Shown here one piece after another: positions 39,833 through 48,723 of a stretch of DNA of 64,000 nt. The notes under the pieces are model-generated. The model made no database searches and was not told the DNA's origin. It worked only from the letters and a program-made list of their open reading frames with translations. Position 1 is the stretch's first letter; every line of letters starts with the position of its first letter. Location: assembly GCA_965649265.1 (NCBI GenBank), contig CBFGKC010000012.1, positions 35,861 to 99,860 on the forward strand, written 5' to 3'. A program made the position numbers and the translations under genes. The DNA comes from a candidate division WOR-3 bacterium (lineage in GTDB: Bacteria > Hydrothermota > Tepidihabitantia > B3-TA06).

Positions 39833-41071
39833 GTGAAAGGATGGCGCAAAGTATTTGAAGGTTTAGGATGGCTAGGGATAGGAATAATTGTGGGCGGTGG
39901 AGTCGGAATTATCTCCGGGGGATTTAATCCTGATCCTGACAATGCCCGTTACTTACTCAGTGCAATGGCGCAGGTGATCGGGACTGTTTTTGTTTTGACT
40001 GTTGCGATAATGCAAGCCGTGGGTGGTTCTGAGGGAATGCCCTTGAGCAGGTTGTTCAAACAGCCGGAATTCTGGACCGCCGCAATTGTTTCATTGCTTG
40101 GAATCTCCGTGCCTTTGATGATTTTATACTCAGGAAAATTCTCTTGGAGCACCGCGATATGTCTGGGCTGGGGTGTAGGAAACCTCCTCGTTATCGGCTG
40201 GTTCGTGTGGAGGGTTGGTTCTTTGCAGGTCGTCACGAAGCGATTGGCAAGATTAAAAAAAGAATTAATTGACGCACTCAAATTTGATGTACCCTCAGAG
40301 GTCGAAGAAATAATTAAAGAAGTAACAGTATTAGGAGTCCAAGCAATTCCTGGGCATCACCAAACAGTAACAGATTCCTGCGGAATTATTGAATCTATCG
40401 TAATGCGTGGGTTTGATGTTCCTTGCGAAGTCCTGACGACTGGCATAGAATCACTTATAGAATTAGACAAAGCTGCCAAGAAAACTGATGGTTGGAGACA
40501 TCTTTCCCATCGTAAAATAATACCCGCAATAGTCAGACTAACAAAAAAAGGTAGTTACCCTTTGGAATCCATTGAGTGGTACCCTGTTAAAGACTATTTA
40601 CTTGAATGTTTAGACGTCGAGCTTTGGCAAAACAAGATCGAGTTTAGTGAATCCCTTAAGAATCCTACAAATGAATCAAATGCCACTCTGTGGGCAATAT
40701 CAGCGTTATTCCAACCATCTTCTCGGAGAGCTGATTCAAAATTACCACCAATGTTGCTCGAATTCGCAAAAGAAATAGCGGGAGTTCTTAATAACCACTC
40801 TTCGTTCATGACAGAACGAGGCTCATACCTGGCTTTCGCATTCTGGCTTTCAACAATATCCAATGCAAAAGTCCTTGCTCCTACGATGAGGGATACACAT
40901 GTTGAAGAAATCATTCCTATAGTTGAAACTTTCTTCATTTATAGTGGCCAAGAACCGCGCGAATTCCTTGATTATACTGAAAGGATACTGGATCAATGCC
41001 AGATTGAAGAATCACAACGAATCGGTCTTGAGATGTTGTCCAAGCTCAAACGAAGGTTTGAAACTTTATAG
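39833..41071 (+). CDS. hypothetical membrane protein (N-terminal TM bundle, DUF2254-like; helical C-terminus)
   Basis: ARYLLSAMAQ...TM segments; AT-richer than neighbours; TTGACA-N16-TAGGGT-N5-GTG. Confidence 0.6.
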   Translation: MKGWRKVFEGLGWLGIGIIVGGGVGIISGGFNPDPDNARYLLSAMAQVIGTVFVLTVAIMQAVGGSEGMPLSRLFKQPEFWTAAIVSLLGISVPLMILYSGKFSWSTAICLGWGVGNLLVIGWFVWRVGSLQVVTKRLARLKKELIDALKFDVPSEVEEIIKEVTVLGVQAIPGHHQTVTDSCGIIESIVMRGFDVPCEVLTTGIESLIELDKAAKKTDGWRHLSHRKIIPAIVRLTKKGSYPLESIEWYPVKDYLLECLDVELWQNKIEFSESLKNPTNESNATLWAISALFQPSSRRADSKLPPMLLEFAKEIAGVLNNHSSFMTERGSYLAFAFWLSTISNAKVLAPTMRDTHVEEIIPIVETFFIYSGQEPREFLDYTERILDQCQIEESQRIGLEMLSKLKRRFETL

Positions 41072-41170
41072 AGCATCAACTCGGCCCACGCAGTTGTGTC
41101 ACCCTGAGGACTGACAACCGCAGGTTGGAAAGACGTGAGGGTCTCATTCGCTTGGCCACAATATTTATTT

Positions 41171-41205
41171 CTCTCACCCCAACCCTCTCCCGGAGGGAGA
41201 GGGGG
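41171..41205 (+). repeat. CCCTCACCC/CCCTCTCCC REP-like element
   Basis: CTCTCACCCCAACCCTCTCCC-GGA-GGGAGAGGGGG. Confidence 0.6.
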
Positions 41206-41208
41206 AAA

Positions 41209-41419
41209 TGTCGTTGCGAGTGTCGCTTCGAGCGACCGAAGCACCGAAGGGCGAACGCAGGGAGCAATCTATTCCCGAAGGGAATGTACCGCAGACATAA
41301 ACAATCATTTTGCAAGGACCATTTGCTCCCTTCGTTCGCCCGCCGGAGCTCCGCAAATAGATGGTAACCTACAGTTACCCTTCGGAGCTTCGTTTGCCTT
41401 CGTCAAACTCGCAAAGACA
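41209..41419. repeat. MITE/REP-like element with terminal inverted repeats
   Basis: TGTCGTTGCGAG ... CTCGCAAAGACA; internal inverted repeats 41249-41267 / 41323-41341. Confidence 0.55.
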
Positions 41420-41499
41420 ATGACGATTCCGGGGGAATCGTTTCAAGTTTTTACTGATTTTAATCTAAAAGGTGTAAAAACATTAATGCGCATGCCATT

Positions 41500-43209
41500 T
41501 TATCCTTCAAATTTATTCGTGATAGGCATGCGTCTGCCGAAGCCGAACGCGCGGGGCGTGATCTTTAAAATAGGCGCGGCCTGCCGGCGCTTGTACTCGG
41601 AGCGGTCTATGCGGCGGATGATAGAGCGCACGAGCGCAGGGTCGAACCCTTTCTCCACAATCTCCTCCGACGAGAGGTCCTCCTCAACGTACATCTCCAA
41701 TATTCTATCGAGCACGTCGTAGGGAGGGAGGTCGTCCTGGTCGCGCTGATTGGGCGCAAGCTCGGCCGAGGGCGCGCGATCGAGGATTCCCACGGGGATC
41801 ATATCCGTTTTCTCCCTCTCGTTGAACCAACGGGCGAGCGCGTAAACGAGTGTCTTCGGCACGTCGCCGATAGGTGCCAGGCCGCCGGACATGTCGCCGT
41901 AAAGCGTCGCGTAGCCGGTCGCGAGTTCGGACTTGTTGCCTGTCGCGAGAACCAGGTATCCGAACTTGTTCGAGAACGCCATCAAAATATTGCCGCGAAT
42001 ACGCGCCTGGATGTTCTGCGCGGTAACGTCGGGCTTCTCAAGATCCATCGCCTCCGCGAGCGTCTTGTGGTATGCGGCCACGAGGTCGTCAATCGGTATC
42101 GGCTCCGATTTTATCCCCAGATTGTTGCACAAAAGCAGCGCGTCCTTGAGCGACTGCCGGGACGTGTACTTTGAGGGCATCGCGACACCCAGCACGTTTT
42201 TCGCGCCCACGGCGTCCACCGCGAGCGCGGCGACGAGCGCGGAGTCTATGCCGCCCGACACCCCGAGCGCGACGCGTGAAAAGCCGTTCTTCTGCACGTA
42301 GTCCCTTATGCCCAGAACGAGTGCGTTCCAGACATCGACCACAGAGCCCTCCTCAGATTCCGCATCTTCAACAATCTTCGTTTTGACTTCATCCTGTTTC
42401 TCTGAAATGATCAGCAGCTGCTCCTCGAAGCCCTTCGCGAGCGCGGCAATCTCACCCTTTTCTCCCACCACCATCGAGCGGCCGTCGAATATCAAATCGT
42501 CCTGACCGCCCACCGCGTTGACGTAAATCAAAGGAAGCCCCGCCTCCTTGACGCGAGTCTTCAAGAGCTCCACCCGCGCCCGGAACTTGCCCTTGTAGAA
42601 CGGAGACGCCGAGATGTTGACGATGAAATCCGCGCCCGCGGCTTTCATGCGCGCCGCAGGGCCGTTCTCGACCCAGATGTCCTCGCAAATCGTGACGCCC
42701 GCCTTTGTACCGTCCTTTAACTCCACAACGGCGTCCTGGCCGGTCGGTGTTTCAAAATACCGCTCCTCGTCGAACACGTCGTAGTTGGGAAGATGAGTCT
42801 TGTGAATGCAGCGCTCGACCTTGCCCGCCCGCAGCACGGCTGCCGCGTTGAAAAGCTCGTACCGCGCGGAGAATCTCGCCGAGACGTCGAAGGTGTTTGA
42901 TCCCTGAACCTCGGTCCTTTTCTCAAAATCCACGCAGCCGACGATCACGGTTACGTCGCCAATATCCCCCGTAACACCCGCAATCTCCTCGAGCCGCTCC
43001 CGCTGCTCGGTCAGGAATCCCGGTTTGAGGAGGAGGTCCTTGGGCGGGTAGCCCGTAAGGCAAAGCTCGGGAAAGATGATGAGCTCCGCGCCCTCCTCGC
43101 CCTCCTCCACCGCCCTTTTTATCCACTCGACAATCTTTGCCGCGTTGCCGCGAAGGTCACCTACTGTCGTATTTATCTGGCAGAGGGCTGTCCTTGGGAA
43201 CTTTCTCAC
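41500..43209 (-). CDS. nadE: glutamine-dependent NAD+ synthetase
   Basis: CN-hydrolase FPEL, K..LPNY.VFDE.RYF and ICEDIW; synthetase SGGIDS, QNIQAR, NKSE..GYATLYGD. GTG start 5 nt after TATACT. Confidence 0.95.
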   Translation of the reverse strand: MRKFPRTALCQINTTVGDLRGNAAKIVEWIKRAVEEGEEGAELIIFPELCLTGYPPKDLLLKPGFLTEQRERLEEIAGVTGDIGDVTVIVGCVDFEKRTEVQGSNTFDVSARFSARYELFNAAAVLRAGKVERCIHKTHLPNYDVFDEERYFETPTGQDAVVELKDGTKAGVTICEDIWVENGPAARMKAAGADFIVNISASPFYKGKFRARVELLKTRVKEAGLPLIYVNAVGGQDDLIFDGRSMVVGEKGEIAALAKGFEEQLLIISEKQDEVKTKIVEDAESEEGSVVDVWNALVLGIRDYVQKNGFSRVALGVSGGIDSALVAALAVDAVGAKNVLGVAMPSKYTSRQSLKDALLLCNNLGIKSEPIPIDDLVAAYHKTLAEAMDLEKPDVTAQNIQARIRGNILMAFSNKFGYLVLATGNKSELATGYATLYGDMSGGLAPIGDVPKTLVYALARWFNEREKTDMIPVGILDRAPSAELAPNQRDQDDLPPYDVLDRILEMYVEEDLSSEEIVEKGFDPALVRSIIRRIDRSEYKRRQAAPILKITPRAFGFGRRMPITNKFEG

Positions 43210-43245
43210 CCGCAAGTATAGGGGAGGAGGCCAAACCTGTCAACC

Positions 43246-43355
43246 GCCCTCCTCAGAGCCCTCCTCAGCAGAATTCCATTCTGCCCATGCGCCTCTGGCG
43301 CTCGCCCTCCTCAGTCCTTCTTCGACCCTCCTCGACCCTCCGCGACCCTCCGCGG
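43246..43355. repeat. degenerate tandem repeats (GCCCTCCTCAGA and GACCCTCCNC)
   Basis: GCCCTCCTCAGAGCCCTCCTCAG and GACCCTCCTC-GACCCTCCGC-GACCCTCCGC; related to 46583-46633. Confidence 0.5.
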
Positions 43356-43375
43356 TTTCCCTTGAACAGTTAAGG

Positions 43376-44866
43376 CTAGTGAACCAGCACGACCTTTAGG
43401 GTCTTCCTGGAATCTCCGGACTCCACCTTGATGAAATAGACGCCGGCATCGAAACCCCTGCCCCAGTTCAGCGATCCGCTTGTCCCGGATGCATCCAGCG
43501 CGTCCACCTTGCGGCCAGATGCGTCGAAGACCGATGCCTTGAAGCCCTCCGGGAAGTTTTGGTATCTCAGAACCACCTCGGAACCTATGGTCGAACCGAC
43601 TGAGAATACCGCCTCGTCTTCCTTTACCGGCCGCTCCGCCACGCCCGTTATGTTCCAGTCGCTGATTGTCACGTAAGCTCTCCTAGTACTGTCGGCTTCG
43701 AATCTCGAATATCCCCAAACCAGGTTGCTTTCGTTCGCAGAAACCGTTGTGCGCCAGGGAAGAAGGCCGTCAGGATCGCTTACGGTATCTGCTCCCAGCG
43801 GTGGGGTGTATTCAAAAGGCCCCTGGCCTATCCCAGGTGCGTTGTAGACAATATTACCCACGACAGCAGCTTGATGTATCCACACTTTTCCTGTATCCTC
43901 GATTCCGTCACTATACTTTCGTGTATAGTTCAAAGCAAAGCGTTCGCCGAAAACTGCTGAGGAGTATACTCCTTGAGAACCTACGGTATAAGAAATAAGT
44001 GTATCGTTAACAAGCCATATAGATGCGCGTTCATCGGTTCCTTTTTTCGCGAATACCGTGCCGAAAAGACGTTTAATCCATGGCCAATCATCCATTGAGA
44101 ATAGAATGAATCTCTGATCGTCCAGCCAGTGAAGTTCGGGACAGATTTCTCCTGTGCTGGGCAGAGTTTTCCCCGAAGGCTCTGCGTTAAGTATACGCTG
44201 GTTCAGGGTGTCGAAAACCTGCAAACGTAGAGGATTTGCTGACCATGCAGCAGCTATGTAACCTTCTTCATTCAAAGCGACGGCCGGTCCAAAAACCAAA
44301 TTACCGGTGGCGAAGCCATCGTGCACAATAAACGCCTCGCTTGCCGCTGTTCCGTCGGAAGAATACCGGCGTATCCATATTCGCGAGGAATCCCAAAATG
44401 TAGAATCCTCAGCCCATGATACGACGAATTCACCCTTACTGTTAACATCCAAATCCAGAGGTCTTGGCGAGAACTCCGTCTCTATCACAGTCTGAACTGA
44501 GCCGCGTAGAGTTCCGTCCCTTGTGAACTGCTGGAATCTGATACGATTCGATTCAACCCATGCGAGCACCGTGTTGCCCGCAGAATCCATTCCGAGACAT
44601 GGGCAGAAGGGGTTACTCGAATCATCGAGCTTCTCCATCTTGATAGGGGATGTCGCAGGCTGGCCGTTTATGTCGAAGAATCTCAAGTAAACGTCGCTTT
44701 CGCTTGTCGGCCCCAGGTCTACCCAGGCCACCGCGAAGCGGCCGTCCTGGGCCATGGCCGAGCAGATGTCCGTCTGGTTGTGACCGACCTCGGCATCCGC
44801 TACCGGAAACGGCTCTCCAATGAAGCCCTGGGAGATAATTATGCTGAGAATACTTGCTAGGAACAT
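43376..44866 (-). CDS. secreted protein with T9SS-type-A-like C-terminal domain
   Basis: G.F.V.W / RF..F...G blades similar to 21354-23888; C-terminal ...VFDASGRKV...AGVYFIKV...KVVLVH. Confidence 0.75.
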   Translation of the reverse strand: MFLASILSIIISQGFIGEPFPVADAEVGHNQTDICSAMAQDGRFAVAWVDLGPTSESDVYLRFFDINGQPATSPIKMEKLDDSSNPFCPCLGMDSAGNTVLAWVESNRIRFQQFTRDGTLRGSVQTVIETEFSPRPLDLDVNSKGEFVVSWAEDSTFWDSSRIWIRRYSSDGTAASEAFIVHDGFATGNLVFGPAVALNEEGYIAAAWSANPLRLQVFDTLNQRILNAEPSGKTLPSTGEICPELHWLDDQRFILFSMDDWPWIKRLFGTVFAKKGTDERASIWLVNDTLISYTVGSQGVYSSAVFGERFALNYTRKYSDGIEDTGKVWIHQAAVVGNIVYNAPGIGQGPFEYTPPLGADTVSDPDGLLPWRTTVSANESNLVWGYSRFEADSTRRAYVTISDWNITGVAERPVKEDEAVFSVGSTIGSEVVLRYQNFPEGFKASVFDASGRKVDALDASGTSGSLNWGRGFDAGVYFIKVESGDSRKTLKVVLVH

Positions 44867-45493
44867 GATTCCTCCTTCCTGTCATGAGTTGTCGCCTTAA
44901 TATAGGTCAAAATCAACTTTTTGTCAAGCGTTTTAAGTCTTTGCGCCAAGAGGTAGTTACCAGGATTTAATGAGGATATTAAAGAAAGCAGGAATCTCCA
45001 TGAGTGATGACAAGAGATGCTTGTTAAGGGAGATTCCCCTATGCGAATGCGGTATGAGGGTTTTAAACTATGAGCAGCTTTGAGGCATGGAAAGTCCTCG
45101 AAAGCTGAATAGCATCACGGCTATATCATTGGAGTTGGAAATCTCAGGTATTGTGGTTCGCAAGTTTTAACGGATTATGAACAGGATGTGGATCGGATAA
45201 AACGCAATGGACATACTCAGTCACCTTACCGACGACAAGGAATGTTATCTCACTCTTAAAAGCTGCCGGACGACACCGGCTATTCCTCACCTCAAACCAG
45301 GCCGGACACAGCAATAATTTTGAAACCATCGTCAAGAGGCCGCACCCATGCAAGTACATGCGGTGTATCCGCTTTTTCTCAACATCTCACAAGCCGGAGG
45401 CGAATTCATCCTCAATGGCCGGGACTTCTTTCGATAACCTCGACGGTTCTCCAGCCTGTTGAAATCTGGTGATCCCCGATACGAGGACTGTGA

Positions 45494-46639
45494 TTATTTG
45501 CGTTGCTGCGCCAGGGAATACAGGCTCTGAAGGGCATCAAGGTCAAGACTGAGATCCTCGTTCTCACCGTAATCCCGGCGAATTGGATCAAGTGTTTTCT
45601 CGTAAGCCCTTTCGTTCCACTGCCTGGCGAACCTTTCGGCGTTTGCCATTGAGCCTGTATAGAAGCGCTGCCAGAGAAAGCTGTATGCCAGCACGGCGTC
45701 GAGATAGCGAGCGGCAAGAAGGTTTGAAACGACAAGATACGTATCGCCGGCGTTCACGAGAAGCGCCCAGAACCCGAACAGGGGTCTTCCTGCGTAGGTT
45801 TCACCGAGGCCTGGAATAATCGAAAGCCAGCGAGCGGCCGTGGGGTTTTTCAAGGCCGGCCTCGTTTCCATGAGCGTCAGCGCAAGTGAATCGTCACCAG
45901 CGTTGGCGAATTCGTGTGCCGCGCTCTCGAAATCCTTCGCCTCAAGATATGCCCAGCCCCTGAGACGAAAGGCGGGCGCGCCGAGGCTGGAGCACACGGC
46001 CGAATCAATCTGCCTGGTCGCGAGATAGGGGTCCTCCTCCCCTATGAGGATGACGGCGCGAACCATTCGGACGACCGAACCGTCGATTGAATAAAGGATT
46101 GAATCAGCCTCGTTTCGTTCGCCGTTGCGATAGAGTGAAACAGCCAACTTGAGAAGTGTCATTACGGAATCCTCGAGCAAGGGCACGACCGTGAATGTTA
46201 CGGGTGTTACTTCCTTTGATTCGTTGTTGCTGACGGAAGTGCCCCGAAGGGGTACGGGTGTTGCGGGTGTTACGGGTGTTACGGGTGTTACGGGGTTGCC
46301 CGACATTCTGAGTCGGCCCGAGGAATCCGGATAGAGAAATGGCGCCAGCCCGGAGTAGTACAGGGCTCTCTTGTACTCCAGTGCGGCCGCATCGAACTCT
46401 CCGTAGGCGTAGAACGAATCGGCGAGCGCCTCTGTTCTCGCTGGATCGGGCAGAGGTGCGACATCGAAAGCTTCGGGAAAAGTGGAGGATGATGCAGGAG
46501 CTGCAAAGATGGGAAGGGCAGAGAAACAGACTATCCTCAGCAAAAGTAAGGAACATATTTTCCGGGAGGAATGAACGAGGCGGACTCTGAGTGAGACTCT
46601 GAGGCGGGGTCTGAGGGGGGCTCTGAGGAGGGCTTTCAT
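45494..46639 (-). CDS. TPR-like / DUF5683-like protein carrying in-frame repeat insertions
   Basis: LADSFY..GEF..AA.EY.R and LSIIPGLGE.Y.GR motifs; paralog of 46636-47454; contains VTPVTPVTPATPVPLRGTS...EVTPVT. Confidence 0.65.
   Translation of the reverse strand: MKALLRAPLRPRLRVSLRVRLVHSSRKICSLLLLRIVCFSALPIFAAPASSSTFPEAFDVAPLPDPARTEALADSFYAYGEFDAAALEYKRALYYSGLAPFLYPDSSGRLRMSGNPVTPVTPVTPATPVPLRGTSVSNNESKEVTPVTFTVVPLLEDSVMTLLKLAVSLYRNGERNEADSILYSIDGSVVRMVRAVILIGEEDPYLATRQIDSAVCSSLGAPAFRLRGWAYLEAKDFESAAHEFANAGDDSLALTLMETRPALKNPTAARWLSIIPGLGETYAGRPLFGFWALLVNAGDTYLVVSNLLAARYLDAVLAYSFLWQRFYTGSMANAERFARQWNERAYEKTLDPIRRDYGENEDLSLDLDALQSLYSLAQQRK
46196..46294 (-). repeat. in-frame copy of the VTP/PLRGTS palindromic element
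   Basis: Near-identical to 9600-9688; keeps the host ORF open. Confidence 0.85.
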
Positions 46640-47454
46640 GGGCGTTTGATTTCCGGTTCGAGATCGAACTTCGAGAGCAGGTTTTCGAGCTGCTCTTTTC
46701 GCTTTCGGACTTCGAAATCGTTGTAATCGAGCGCCGCGTTTGCCGCACCGTAGATATTACCGAGCCAGAAAAGCCCCCCGAGTGAGGCAGTCACGGCTAT
46801 CTTTATCGTGTTGCCTGCTGAGGTGTCCTTTGAGAAAAAACCGTAGTAGAAGGCGGCCGCGCCGAACAGGACGGGAAGGGAAAATGACTGCCACGCGTCG
46901 GCCCAGCGCCCGCAGTATGCCTGTCCCGCGCCCGGCAGGATGGTAGAAAGCCCCGCCGAAAGCCAGGGGGAGCGGCGGCCGGGTTTCGTTCCGAGCAGAT
47001 TGATTGTCTGGTCAATAAGTGCTGAAGGAGGCCGGCTCTTCAAGATGGCCAGAGCCGAATCCTCTTGACCGGAGAAAACGTGCGCGAATGAGAGGTAGAT
47101 GGCGCTCTCCCCTGCCAGGTCGGAGGCACTTAGTCTGGGCGCGATTATCTTTACGGCCGGGTAACCGCCGGCTGCGAACTCCGCGCGCATGTAACCGTAT
47201 TGAAAGTATTCCCAGCGAGTGGAAACGTTCTTTATTCCGAACTCGAAGACGTTTGCGGCACGCTCGTAGTCCCGGGTTTTAATCAAGGATTCGCCGGCCT
47301 TCAAAACGGCATAAGGAGTCCATACGGTGTCTTCGGGATCGGCAAAACCTATGCGCTCGTATTCCAGAGCGGCCCTCTCGTAATCGCCAGTCAGGTAAAG
47401 GTGATCGGCGAAATCGATCGGCGCCTGGTTGAAAAGGAGAAGGAGGATCATCAT
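46636..47454 (-). CDS. TPR-like / DUF5683-like protein
   Basis: FAD.LY..GDY.RA..EY.R and LSTILPGAGQ.Y.GR motifs. Confidence 0.7.
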   Translation of the reverse strand: MMILLLLFNQAPIDFADHLYLTGDYERAALEYERIGFADPEDTVWTPYAVLKAGESLIKTRDYERAANVFEFGIKNVSTRWEYFQYGYMRAEFAAGGYPAVKIIAPRLSASDLAGESAIYLSFAHVFSGQEDSALAILKSRPPSALIDQTINLLGTKPGRRSPWLSAGLSTILPGAGQAYCGRWADAWQSFSLPVLFGAAAFYYGFFSKDTSAGNTIKIAVTASLGGLFWLGNIYGAANAALDYNDFEVRKRKEQLENLLSKFDLEPEIKRP

Positions 47455-47849
47455 TGATTCTTCGACGCCTTTCCGGAGCCGTCCGCTCTTCTCGCGCGCG
47501 TGTCTGGGATTCTGGACGGGAGATGGTGTTTTTTTGGTGGATCGTACAACCTTTCATTGCTGAGACCAAGGTAATAGCTGTCCTTGTATCCCCACGCGCC
47601 AAGGTTGCAGCGCTCAAGCCTGTCGAATGTCATTAGAGTTCCCCAAATCGGACCGTAAAGTCCGTAGGACTGCCTTGAAAAGTTGGAGCACGACGGAGAG
47701 AAATTGCATATACCTCCCCCCTGCAAAGGCGAGATGAGTTTCTGGTAGAATCCGAGCGCCAGGTCCGCGCCGACGGTGAGGGGATTGGCAGGTCTGGCTG
47801 ATGCTGTAGCAGCGATCAGAACCAGCATTGTAACCAGCACTCGTCTCAT
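47451..47849 (-). CDS. YidD-like (haemolytic domain) protein with signal peptide
   Basis: FYQ..ISP..G..C.F.PSCS.F...T.DRL.RCN; leaderless promoter TTGACT-N16-TACTAT-N6-ATG. Confidence 0.75.
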   Translation of the reverse strand: MRRVLVTMLVLIAATASARPANPLTVGADLALGFYQKLISPLQGGGICNFSPSCSNFSRQSYGLYGPIWGTLMTFDRLERCNLGAWGYKDSYYLGLSNERLYDPPKKHHLPSRIPDTRARRADGSGKASKNQ

Positions 47850-47985
47850 GTGCTGATAGTAAGGCTAGAGGCACGAAAGTCAATACTGTGACGGTGCGAA
47901 GCGACATAGCGGGCACCCGCGGACGCGGACTTGACAACCCCACCTTTTTGAGTTTAATTTAGATAATACAAGAAGGAGGAAGGAG

Positions 47986-48723
47986 ATGGGAATACTCCTT
48001 ACGATAATTGTTATGATAGGAATGGAGAGCGGCATCGGGTTTACGGGCTCGCTTGGATTAGAACCAGCCTTGCTTTTAAGGGGGCATGACATCGAGTACT
48101 CTTACCGGTTTCGCGATTTCATCGATTTCCCCTCGGACGCCATTTACGCCTCCGGCACTTTCAGGGCAAAAGCGGGCCTGAGCATCGCCGGCACCCTGTT
48201 GCTCAAAGCAACAGGCGGGGTTGAGCACGCCCGGATCGTTGACGCCGAACCTCTGCTTTACTTTCCTTTTGACACCACTCGGGAATACTACCCGAGCACC
48301 GCCCTGAAGAGCCTCACATGGAGCATGGGAGGGGAAGTCGGTCTCATGCTGCATTCTCTTTCGGCAAGCTATCAAAAGAAAGCAGGTGACATCTTCGCCG
48401 GTCTGGAATACACCCGTGGAAGATTCAAGGGTAATGACTCCTGGCATACCTGGGAGGACGATCAATTCGTAGCGCTCGGGGATTTCTCTTACGAAAACCC
48501 GGTAGAAGGCATACAGGGGTACGTTGGAATTTCCGTTCCCTTCTGGGAGCGCGGCCCGTTCTCGTTCACGTTCAGCGGTCTCCTGAGGGGCGGTTCGGTA
48601 AGGGAGTTGTACATTACGCCTCTGTCTCTGATACTTCGGGGCGCAGAGATGCATTCGCCGCGCACTCTTCTCAAGTGGGGAGCCTCGGTCGGCCTCGGTG
48701 TCGCCTTCAACGGTGGTGGATGA
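47986..48723 (+). CDS. hypothetical outer-membrane beta-barrel-like protein
   Basis: RBS GGAGG, beta-strand pattern; shares SLGLEPAL with the next gene. Confidence 0.55.
   Translation: MGILLTIIVMIGMESGIGFTGSLGLEPALLLRGHDIEYSYRFRDFIDFPSDAIYASGTFRAKAGLSIAGTLLLKATGGVEHARIVDAEPLLYFPFDTTREYYPSTALKSLTWSMGGEVGLMLHSLSASYQKKAGDIFAGLEYTRGRFKGNDSWHTWEDDQFVALGDFSYENPVEGIQGYVGISVPFWERGPFSFTFSGLLRGGSVRELYITPLSLILRGAEMHSPRTLLKWGASVGLGVAFNGGG

Noticed and set aside
44990-45480. Possible decayed gene or IS remnant
   Set aside because: Only short broken frames; I could not recognise any family motif or terminal repeats.
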